From: Octopus vulgaris
Taxonomy: Eukaryota
DNA: 64,000 nucleotides
Direction of reading: 5' to 3'
NCBI GenBank assembly: GCA_951406725.2
Contig: OX597815.1
Location: forward strand, 57,164,001 to 57,228,000
Shown: piece after piece, positions 53,299 to 64,000 of the stretch
Numbering within the stretch: the first letter of the stretch is position 1
Layout of the letters: each line of letters starts with the position of its first letter
Program-made: the position numbers and the translations under genes
Notes under the pieces: generated by a model
Database searches by the model: none
What the model saw: only the letters and a program-made list of their open reading frames with translations
What the model was told of the DNA's origin: nothing

Positions 53299-55050
53299 TC
53301 TCTTATTATAAAAGGCAGATTTTATCTGCCTCCCTTTGGGAGTTATAGAAATCTACAATATAGGATTTCTTCAATTACAATTTACCTAGAATTTTTAAGA
53401 GTACAATGCATCGCGTCATGCCAGGTCCAGTTTTTAAAATTTAAACTCCAAATAAGCAAAATTTACAGAAAACTCACATTCTGGTGTGTGTGTCAAATGC
53501 TTTTCTTAGTCTGGTTTACACCACACGCAAACGCACACACACAGTGGGAACGAATAAAATGAAAGTAATTCACTTACTGTAGTGAGTGATTCTTTCACTC
53601 TGCCTCCCACTTCCTCTTTCCACACATAGACACGCAAATATATAAATAAAATTGTAAGCTAACGTTGTGTGTGTGTGTGTGTGTGTGTGTGCGCGTGTGT
53701 GTGTGTGTGAGGGTGCGTGCGTGTGCGTGAGTGTGTGACAGGAAAGTTTTTTACGACAAATATAACACCTATATCCAAGTAGCAGAAAGATAAGACAGTA
53801 AGGTGTGATTTGAGGGAGATTTGGCTGCTATTTCTACCATGTCTACCTGCCATGTAGGGGTCTCCCTCATAGGCTCATACATACGTATATACATAGATAA
53901 GACAGTAAGGTGTGATTTGGGGGAAATTTGGCTGCTATTTCTACCAGGTCTGTTAGGCCTTCTCATGTAAACTCAACCTTTCTCATAAGACCAAAGCAGA
54001 GAATGTATTCTTTTAGTCTTCTGCTTTTTCCAGCCATTGGTCTGTGGCCATGCTGGGGCAATGCCTTGAAGAATTGTAGTTTAATGAATCAACTCCAGTT
54101 TTATTTTTGTAAGCATTGTACTTATTCTATCTGTTTCCTTTGTCAAACCACTAGGTGACAGGGATGTAAACAAACCAACATTCGTTGTCAAGCAGTGGTG
54201 GAGGACAATCACAAGCACAGACACGCACACACACACACATACATGCATACACATATACACACATACATACATACATACATATATATATATGTGTGTATAT
54301 ATATATTGCAGCGTGGAAGGTGTTTGTAAGCCATTTAAGAAACACACAAAAACCGTTACATTCACTTCAACATTTAAATTTAATTTGCCAAAAGCGACGA
54401 AAATATTTTGACAAATTAAATTTAAATGTTGAAGTGAATCTAACGGTTTTTGTGTGTTTCTTAAATGGCTTATAAACACCTACAACGCTGCAACTGTTTT
54501 CGTTCCAGCACACGATCTCAGATCAAGTCACTTGCTATGCAAGTACATCTCTGTGACTATATATATATTTATATATATATATATATGTATATTGGTAAAA
54601 ACAGTAAGATAACAAAAGAAAGAAAGAGACCTCAATATTATGTAAATAGAGGAAATCTTTATATATAAAAGTGAGGTTGTGTGTCTGTCTCCTACGATTT
54701 AGATTCCTAACTACTCCCACATTTTGCGGTGCAGTTTAACCAAAACCGGGTATCTTATAGTCGTGATTCATATCGAGACCGTCTGGGTATTAGCGCGCGT
54801 CTACGATGAGTCTACGATTAAAAAAAAAATTTACCATCAATTTTTCCCATTTTTAATCCATTTTTGACATATATAAGGGAAGTAACTCTCTAAAATTTAT
54901 TATTAAATCTCAGAACGTAAAAAACTACAGTAACACCCCTCCCCCTTTGTGGTTAGCCATATTGAGATGGCTATTATACTTTACATCTCTAAAAATGCTT
55001 ATATAATTATTTCCCTTACAAACCCGAGCAACGCCGGGCGATACTGCTAG
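53299..55050 (+). mobile_element. Composite non-autonomous Helitron (right arm) with internal Helitron 54656-55050
   Basis: Starts A|TCTCTTATTATAAAA, ends cccgagcaacgccgggcgatactgCTAG, and carries SINE and PLE fragments. Confidence 0.85.
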
Positions 55051-56421
55051 TCTCTTATTATAAAAGGCAGATTTTATCTGCCTCCCTTTGGGAGTTATAG
55101 AAATCTACAATATAGGATTTCTTCAATTACAATTTACCTGGCATTTTTGAGAGTACAATGCATCGCGTCATGCCAGGTCCAGTTTTTAAAATTTAAACTC
55201 CAATTAAGCAAAATTTACAGAAAACTCACATTCTGGTGTGTGTGTCAAATGCTTTTCTTAGTCTGGTTTACACCACACGCAAACGCACACACACACAAAG
55301 GGAGCGAATTGTTTCACTGACGCTATCACCCTTCTCCTCCTTTGTCTTTGCAAGTTGGCAGCTATTAAAGTGAAAACAGTGAATCCGACAGCGATAAAGA
55401 AAACGAATTGGTACCTGAATGGAGTGAAAATTTAAAAACTGTTTCTTTCGGTGAGTTTTCTGAAGAAACTGGACCAAGCCACAGACTTTCCCAGAAGAGT
55501 AAAGCCTTAGACTATTTCTATTTACTTTTTCGAATGAGCCTATTTGAAATCATTACGCTAAACGTAAACAAACCGAAAGAAAGGATAGTTTGTTATTTCC
55601 CACAATCTTAAATGAAATTAAGGCCTATTTTGCCATAAATATTATTATGGGTATCAGAAAGTTACCCAGAATAACAAATTCTATCGTAAAATTTTGTTGT
55701 ATACCCAATTGAATATTAGCTAATAACCCATTTTCTATAGCGATGTTTGAACAAAATTTTAATAATTTTACAGAAAGTTACCCAGAATAACAAATTCTAT
55801 CGTAAAATTTTGTTGTATACCCAATTGAATATTAGCTAATAACCCATTTTCTATAGCGATGTTTGAACAAAATTTTAATAATTTTACAGAAAGTTACCCA
55901 GAATAACAAATTCTATCGTAAAATTTTGTTGTATACCCAATTGAATATTAGCTAATAACCCATTTTCTATAGCGATGTTTGAACAAAATTTTAATAATTT
56001 TACAGAAAGTTACCCAGAATAACAAATTCTATCGTAAAATTTTGTTGTATACCCAATTGAATATTAGCTAATAACCCATTTTCTATAGCGATGTTTGAAC
56101 AAAATTTTAATAATTTTACAGAAAGTTACCCAGAATAACAAACGAGCCCTTCTGGGTATTAGCGCGCGTCTACGATGAGTCTACGATTTAAAAAACAATT
56201 ACCATCATATTTTTCCATTTTAATGCATTTTTTTCGCTTTTATATAAGGGAAGTAACTCTCTAAAAATATCTACGATGTGTCAACGATTTAAAGAAAAAT
56301 TTACCTTAATTTTTTTTCAATTTTTAATGCATTTTTTTGCTACTTTTTGGCTATAACTCTCTAAAAATGCTTATATAGTTATTTCCCTTACAACCCGAGC
56401 AACGCCGGGCGATACTGCTAG
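55051..56421 (+). mobile_element. Non-autonomous Helitron
   Basis: Same 5' TC end as 53299; same hairpin + CTAG|T at 56418-56422. Confidence 0.88.
55655..56142. repeat. 116-bp tandem repeat x4.2 inside the Helitron
   Basis: Unit starts cagaaagttacccagaataacaaa at 55655, 55771, 55887, 56003 and 56119. Confidence 0.95.
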
Positions 56422-56436
56422 TATACTTATATATAC

Positions 56437-56467
<31 letters not shown>

Positions 56468-56497
56468 AATACATATATGTATATATATATAAATACA

Positions 56498-56563
<66 letters not shown>

Positions 56564-56570
56564 CATATAT

Positions 56571-56635
<65 letters not shown>

Positions 56636-56669
56636 CATACACACATATATATATAATCCGTAAAAGTGA

Positions 56670-56915
56670 AGGCGCGTGGCTTAGTGGTCAGGGTGTCAGC
56701 ATCATGATCGTAAGATTGTAGTTTCGACTCCTGGACCTGACGACGCGTTGTGTTCTTGAGCAAAACACTTCATTTCACGTTGCTCCAGTCTACTCAGCTG
56801 CCAAAAATGAGTAACGCTGTGATGGACTGGCGTCCTGTCCAGCTGGGGAACTCATACGCCATAGAAACTGGGAAAGCGGGCCCATGAGCCTGGCTAGGTT
56901 TTAAAAGAGGGAGCA
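56670..56915 (+). mobile_element. tRNA-derived SINE (third family)
   Basis: A box tggcttagtgg, B box gtttcgactcc, then gtgttcttgagcaaaacactt and gatggactggcgtcctgtccag. Confidence 0.75.
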
Positions 56916-57712
56916 TTTGTATTTTTATACAATATCCGTTCTGTCTGTGTGTTTCTTCTAGGATCTCAGGCATCCTCCATCCGATTGCGCTCATATATGT
57001 AGATACCAACGGTATCAAGGCATTTGTAAGTCTTGAAAAAATTACAAAAATCGATTCCTGGTGAGAATGCGATCGATAAAGCCGTGGGAACGTGCATTTG
57101 TACACGCAAATACATCAGGAATGTGGTTTACAAGGCTACGCTCCACTAGCTTTTCCATGCCTTTGAACATCCCGTAAAGTAAGTTAGCTTAAAATTAGTT
57201 ACTTAGTTCCCTAGGTTGTTGCTTTTCATCAAAAATCGCCCCAAGTTGATTTCCTACATGTTTTATCAGATAAACTTATTATTGTCTCAGGTACGTCCTC
57301 ATAAATTCATCATGCTTTTCCATTTAGATTTACCTCCAGCTAACCCATTTGCATGCATCATTTTTGTCCTGCTTTTCTTCCGTCAACCTGTACATAACTG
57401 CACCTTCCATTTTCTTTGTTGTTTTTGTACTGCTTAAAGGCACGTTTCTTTCCTGCCAAGCTTACTGTTTAAACCATATTTGTGTTCTCCCAGTCAACAG
57501 TACTTTAAACTCTTCGGTTGCATATTTGTGTGAATAAAATCGTTTTTCTTTGGAATAGAAAAAAGTCTATCTTTATTTCTTCTTTTGCTGGTGTCTCAAA
57601 TTTAGGTCAAATCAGTGTTTCTCTATGGGACGGTCGGACAAGTTGTTTTGAGAAAATTTGGTTTAAATGTTTGACAACTCAGCACTGTCCATTGGACAGG
57701 GGGATTTTGCTC

Positions 57713-57753
<41 letters not shown>

Positions 57754-57754
<1 letters not shown>

Positions 57755-59351
57755 TAGCATTCTGACCCGTCGTTGCCGGGTCATAGTGCTAGTGCATGTA
57801 TATATGTGCATATATATGTATGTATACATATTACATGTACATCTATATATATATACATCTACACATAAAATATAAAATACAAAGTCATATCTTGATATCG
57901 CTAGTGATAACAATACCCAAAATATATAACAGACTGGAATTGTAGGCCCGTCTCTTGCAATTTTGATCAATTGTATCTTGTCCTCCCTCTTGTATAGAAG
58001 TGTGGCTATAATCCAGCCTACCTCTACTTCTGGGGGGACATTTTTAATTTTTATCCAGGATGTCCTACGTCCCAGATATAAAGGTAAAATTTAAATATTT
58101 CCACTTTGCAAGGTTCGAGTCAAGTACTCCCTTGCACGCTCCGTTGACTCGAACCTTGCTTCGATTGTGGCGAATTTACCGCCTCTGGTTAGATATCTTT
58201 CATAGTCGCACCAAGACACTTTTCGATGGTGCTTTCCTCCAGGTGTTCAAATCTTTTTTTCTCTACATTGTATACTTTATAGACAATAGTCTTTTCTTTA
58301 ATTTAATTTTTTATTTCATTTGGTGGTGTTATCCTAGATTTACCGTCTTTGTCGGTAATCAATCCAAAATAGATTTGTATTTCTTCCATTTTAATTTTAA
58401 TGAGTTCGCGTCCGCTGACGACTGCAGCGAAATTCATTTTTGGACTTTCTTCTATCGAAAGCATTCTAACAAAAATACTTCCGTATAAACGGTGAAAATA
58501 TTGTCAATTTCCCCAAACAGGGACACAATTCAATTTTTAAACAATAACCAAAGCTCCTTTTCCCAAAGGGGGAGGGTTACAGTTTACAATTATTTAACAA
58601 ATGCAACACAACAACGTTTCCCTTACATGGAACCAACAAACGTGATAACAATAGTTAAACAGTAATAATAATAACAAACCTTACAGTGAATCAAAATGCA
58701 GTACGCAGTTGAAGCTATAGTCCTTTATGTATAAGAAATAAACCAACAGCAGTACTCAGTAGAAGCAGCTGTTCGAGAAAACAGACATTACATCCAGCCA
58801 AACTTCATATAGATACTTAATGCTAGCTAATTAGCAGATAATCTAATGTAAAAGCCGTGGTAAACGGTATGTGCACAGCTCCATCTGGACTATTCCACTT
58901 CTGCACACCAATTTTATTTTTAATTTATTTCCATTCATGTGAAACCACTTATTCAAGTTCAAGTCATTGATGCAATTTTATACCAATTGCTATTTTTACT
59001 TTTGTTCTGTTACGATTATATTATACTTTAGTTTGATTTTAATTATTACTTACTACATATAATTCAATTGTTATTATTATCTCTAATTTTTATTGTTAAA
59101 GTGAAAGTATCTGACATAAAATAGAGAATAGAGAAATGTTTTTGTTTCACTTTTAACACGTAATACTGAAATAGTGGAGAAGATATGATATTACTATAGG
59201 CTCGCCCTAGGCAAGTAGTTGAACATTTTTTTTTGCCCTTGGAACTACATGGACCCTAAGTAAGGCATGTGTAAAATTTGAATGAAATTGGTTGTGTAGT
59301 TCTCAAGTTTTAGGGAAACACACAGACAGACAGACAGACACACATTCTCAG

Positions 59352-59365
<14 letters not shown>
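57754..59365 (-). mobile_element. Non-autonomous Helitron carrying a degraded coding fragment
   Basis: 3' end gacccggcaacgacgggtc..CTAG|T; 5' part matches 20050-20345. That both ends belong to one element is inferred. Confidence 0.6.
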
Positions 59366-59406
<41 letters not shown>

Positions 59407-60867
59407 CATATATGTAAGGAGTTTCTGTTTCATAACACCCACTCTGTCCAGCAGTGGGTTTCCAACCTGAGCTGATGTCCAACATTTCACAGTTGTATGT
59501 TGTAAAACGCATAAATGCAGACCATTGTTAATTTCCTCAGAATTTTACCCTATCATTTCATTTTTCTAACCTTCATCCACTGTGCCAAAACGTAGGCATG
59601 ACTTACGTCAGAAACTCAAAAAGATTACACTTCCTTTTTCTTCAACTTATCACCACTCAGTTGTACGTCTCTGTCTTCATCACAAAAAAGAAAAGAAAAA
59701 ATGATGTTTGCAACCATATCTACTACTTCTGCCTTTACCCAGTTGCAACAATATTGCATGTGGCTCTAAACTGTTTCTGCTCTTACAATCTCTCATCATT
59801 TCATATATCTTTGTTCTCCAAATTACTTAGTATAGACCAACATAAGACAGCCCCACTAGCTTAATCATCACATTTCAACTCAGCACTCAAACATTTTTCC
59901 ATCAAACTCATTCTCACCCTAAGTCATTAGAGTAACTATTCAAACCAAGGTGAGGTTCATTTTGTTTCTATGCCACAATGAAGCCAATATCTTCACCATA
60001 TCACTGAAGGGAAAGTAATTCACTTCTTTCATTTTTGTGAACATTATCAACCCACATTGAAATTTACTTCAACTATTCCAGAAACCTCCATTGATTTTCT
60101 AGACATTTCTGCCTGTCAACACCATTCACCTCTCCAACCTATCTCACCTTTTCTTCCTCACATCCTATGCATCAACCTTCTGCTCTGTTGCTTGTGCACT
60201 AAAAACAGTGTCCAGCAGATTCATCACAAATGATGACATTGTGGTAAGTACATAGTCTGTAACTTCATTTCCTCTAAAACTCATTGTAAATTACTTACAT
60301 TGCAAACAAATGCATCATAAGTAAATTCAACACCCCACCCACCCAATACATTATTGGTATGTTCATTAGCATCCATGCCTTTTATCCAGAGAACATTGTT
60401 TCAAGATTTTATTCTCATAGTTAAATACAGCACGTTTTGTTAATGAAAAAATATCCAAAGCCAAAAAATTAATATATTTGCTCAATATATAAATAAAAAA
60501 CAAATCAATCATACTTTTAATTATAGAATTCCAAAAACATTAAAATGATATGTTGTATGTTCAGAGAGTCATTATGCCATTAATGTGATGAATGAGTGAT
60601 GAATGAGTGAGCAGAGAAAAGCAGTTGAGAGGACTTAGTACACTCTCTAGGGCAGTTGCCACAAAAAATAATAATTACTCAGTGCACATTGGAAACTGGT
60701 TGACAAATGTACAGAAAAGGAATACAGTTGTGAGAAACCTTCAGTCATGGTTGGTGAGGACATGACAACTTCTCTATCCATGCCAGCATGGAAAACAAAA
60801 GTATAATGATAGGGGATGATGAGAATGATGATATATCTGTTAAAATATGTATGTATATGTTTGTGTA

Positions 60868-60913
<46 letters not shown>

Positions 60914-61083
60914 TAAGGCAATAATTTTATTCTCAAACACATGATAATGCTAATAATATAGCATGAACAGGATAAATTGTCCATATTTTTCAGAAAAATC
61001 TGTCAGCGGCCAGCCATAAATGATGATAAAATTATATATATATATTAAATGCTATATTATTAAATGCTATATCTCCATTTTCT

Positions 61084-61156
<73 letters not shown>

Positions 61157-61159
<3 letters not shown>

Positions 61160-61489
61160 AAAATGGAGATATAGCATTTAATAAAAATTCATTATCTACA
61201 AAAGTCCAACACATTCTCTTACAGCTGTTTCAATTAAGTCTAAAGATTAAAATAGCAATTATTAAATCATTATGTTAGGCAAAATCTCAACAGAGGAGTA
61301 GAAAATATATACCATTAGGTTATTAGGTGTTGTGCTTTCAAGTCATCTCAGCAAATGAGATTTTGCCAAACATAATGATTTAATAATTGCTATTTTAATC
61401 TTTAGGCTTAATTGAAACAGCTATAAGAGAATATGTTGGATTTTTGCAGATAATAAATTTTTATTAAATGTAATATCTCCATTTTCTTA
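61157..61489. repeat. Inverted repeat with ~130-bp arms containing a hammerhead 3' half (gaaacagctgtaagag)
   Basis: 61157-61289 mirrors 61356-61489; a third partial copy lies at 61057-61087. Confidence 0.75.
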
Positions 61490-62043
61490 ATTTTCTGTTA
61501 AAGGATTATAATAAACCCTGATTTATTTTTAGACTTATTATTTTATTATTTTATTGCCACTAATTGTAACTGAGGGTGCTGAAGCATCTATATTGCAAGA
61601 AATAAGAGTTAAAAGCTTTAATGCTGTAAGAAACATGTAATATATATACACTGACAGAGGAGATAACTACCCCGGGAGTGTCTCTAGGATCACTAGATTA
61701 GACTAGTTTTGCCTATCAGTAGTCACTACTGATGAGCCTACGCTTGTCAGTAGTCACTACTCCAATGCTTGATGGTTTGGCTAAATCCAGCAGTCAGTAT
61801 ATATATATATATATCTAATGTAGGATAAAATTTTTTCGAAAAAAATTTTATCAATGGCCAGCATATTAAAAAATACCTTTAAAGGTTAAATTATAAACAA
61901 CTTATAAATAAGAGCAAACGAAAAAATTTCTAATGCCAAATATGCCGAAAATTGGACATATTGTCCATTTACCATATAATTTTTTTCAGTACACACGCTA
62001 CTCGAAAAAAGGTCGACAGAAATCTCTACAAAAATTCCATTAT

Positions 62044-62102
62044 TACCATATCGGACCGATTTCAGGGTTAGTTCAAAAAGAACCCTCCCTTCGTCAGTGA
62101 TA
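62044..62102 (-). ncRNA. Type-I hammerhead ribozyme with canonical core
   Basis: Reverse complement: tatca CTGACGA aggg..gttc ttttt gaac..ccct GAAA tcgg t ccga T A tggta. Confidence 0.85.
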
Positions 62103-62288
62103 CATGTGGCAAAGAAGTAAATGAGATACTTGCTCATACCCATGGAAGAAGCAAATACTAAGTCATGAGCACAACTAAGTACCCCAAATAAATCCAATAT
62201 ATTAATTTGTGTGTGTGTGTATGTTTACACCCATACTTATATAGAATATATGAAGCATAGAAAATAAATTAAAATTTCTATCTATCAG

Positions 62289-62322
62289 ATTTTAAAAATT
62301 ATTATGGGTCACAAATCTAAAG
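62289..62322 (+). CDS. Candidate small upstream exon with ATG (MGHKSK) of the methyltransferase gene
   Basis: ctatctatcAG acceptor, ATG at 62304, and consensus donor AG|GTGAGT. Confidence 0.35.
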
Positions 62323-62588
62323 GTGAGTAGTATACCACTGGTATTTAATTTACTATTTCATTAGCATTGAAATTATCCTAATATATTGCTCATACTTGTC
62401 CTAATATATTGCTCATGACTTACATGCAATGAAAAATGAAGTCAACATTGGTGAGATTTTTAATCTGAATGTAAAAGGATGAAACTAAATACACAAGACG
62501 TTTTTTCCAGAAATCTATTGTTTCAGGTATTACACTTCTATCTTTTGGGGATTAACATTATAAGGATTTTTTTTTATATTACCATCAG

Positions 62589-62724
62589 AGCCTATTAACA
62601 GAGAAATGGAGACATATGGAGTTATTAGCTGTTGAAAACTGTCAGCTTCACCCTGATCATAATGTTCTTGAGGTTGGTTTTGGACCAGGTATTGGACTTC
62701 AAGCAGCCTACAATATAATTAAAA
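62589..62724 (+). CDS. Exon of a class I SAM-dependent methyltransferase
   Basis: LAVENCQLHPDHNVLEVGFGPGIGL contains SAM-binding motif I (VLExGxGxG); donor A|GTAAGT at 62725. The 5' boundary is uncertain (62527 or 62589). Confidence 0.8.
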
Positions 62725-63079
62725 GTAAGTCTACTTTTAGCTATCTTAAAAGAATCTCTTTTTATCTTGTTTTTATTATCACCACCACCGCCACCATTAT
62801 TATTATTATTATTATTGTTATTATTATTATTATTATTATTATTTAGTGAGCTGGCTGAAACATTAGCACGCCAGGCAAAATGCTTAGTGGCATTTCATGT
62901 CTTTATGTTTAAGTTCAAATTCTGCCAAGGTCAACTTTGCCAATTCATCTTTTCAGGGTCGATAAAATAAGGACCAGTTGAGTACTGGGTTAAATGTAAT
63001 CGATTCAACCACTCCCCTAATCTTGCTGGCCTTGTGCCAAAATTTTAGATTATTATTATAATTATAATTGATTTGAATC

Positions 63080-64000
63080 AGATTCAGTCTTATTCCTGGT
63101 AGAATGTGGATAGCAGGTTACTACCAGTAACCTTAGATATCCAGGAGCTTTCAATAGTCTTTCAAGTGCTTAGAATACACCTGATAATCTTTCCTGTCTG
63201 TAAGAAGCAAACTTTCTGTAGAAGCTCTATTCAAATCTCATTCAACCATTTGTCTATACCTTTGCTTACAGTTTCCAATGCACCAATCATTATCATCATC
63301 ATTATTTAGCACCTGCTTTCCATGCTGGCATGGGTTAGACAGTTTGACTGAAACTAGTAAACTGGAGAGCTGCTCCAGGTCCCAATCAGATTTAGCATGT
63401 TTCTATGGCTGAGCACCCTACTCCAATAGTGTAATGGGTGCTTTTGCACTTCTTGCATCGATGGTAAACCAGGGGTCATTTTCAAATAATTTTCAGTTTC
63501 TTTTTTTGATCATTCCAAGTTCTACAATCGCTGGTATCATAGCCACTTTGAGAGGCCACATTTTTTCAATTTCAATGAACAAATCTTTATATTTTCCGAG
63601 GTTTTTTAATTCTTTTGCCGACATATTATGATCACAAAGAAGGCTGCTGTTGATCAATAAACAGACTTTATTGTTTTGGTTTTTCACAAAATATTCGGCT
63701 TATTGGTTTTGATAGTTCTATCTGTTTGTACTAAAAGTCCCAAATTATTACAGTTTCTCCCTCAGTTATGGTTTCAGGATGGTGCTTATATCATTTGTCA
63801 GTAGTTTTGATTTTATATTGCTGGTATATTAACCAGTCTAGATATTGGCCAACTCTGTCATGTCTTGATTTATACTCCACTGGTGCAAAAACTTTACATC
63901 CAGCAATTATGTGGTCCATTGTTTCAATCTCATCATTGTGGAATTGGCACTTTGGGTCAACTCCATTTTTCATCCCATTGACTTTGTTCCAGGCCAATAA
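63080..64000 (-). mobile_element. R4/Dong-type LINE fragments (CCHC + RLE)
   Basis: CQFHNDEIETMDHIIAGC..EYKSRHDRV and GKYKDLFIEIEKMW. Confidence 0.8.

Noticed and set aside
55655-56142. Regular array as a possible CRISPR
   Set aside because: Units are identical with no variable spacers, and the context is a eukaryotic Helitron.
56920-57710. Possible exon or transposase remnant
   Set aside because: Frames are interrupted by stops and no motif was recognised.
61886-62197. 103-aa minus-strand ORF
   Set aside because: No domain; it overlaps the hammerhead-bearing repeat.

Overview
AT-rich eukaryotic DNA that is almost entirely repeats. The SINE families and the dense (TA)n/(TTA)n/(CA)n microsatellites suggest a coleoid cephalopod, most likely Octopus (inference). 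It contains R4/Dong- and Hero-type RLE non-LTR retrotransposon remnants, near full-length RTE and CR1 LINEs, Ty3/Gypsy fragments, one complete non-autonomous LTR element, Penelope-like elements (including a Naiad-type RT/GIY-YIG), non-autonomous Helitrons and several tRNA-derived SINEs. The only clear host coding sequence is an exon of a SAM-dependent methyltransferase at about 62.6 kb. The strongest signal is a set of about 15-19 minimal type-I hammerhead ribozyme motifs (CUGANGA...GAAA with palindromic stem III) from several sequence families. Many sit in inverted (palindromic) pairs, and one is fused to a tRNA-derived Pol III head. A second notable structure is a 3.6-kb palindrome made of two head-to-head copies of a composite Helitron, joined head-to-tail to a third Helitron. 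Most short ORFs in the track are microsatellite artefacts. All calls were made by eye; no database searches were run.
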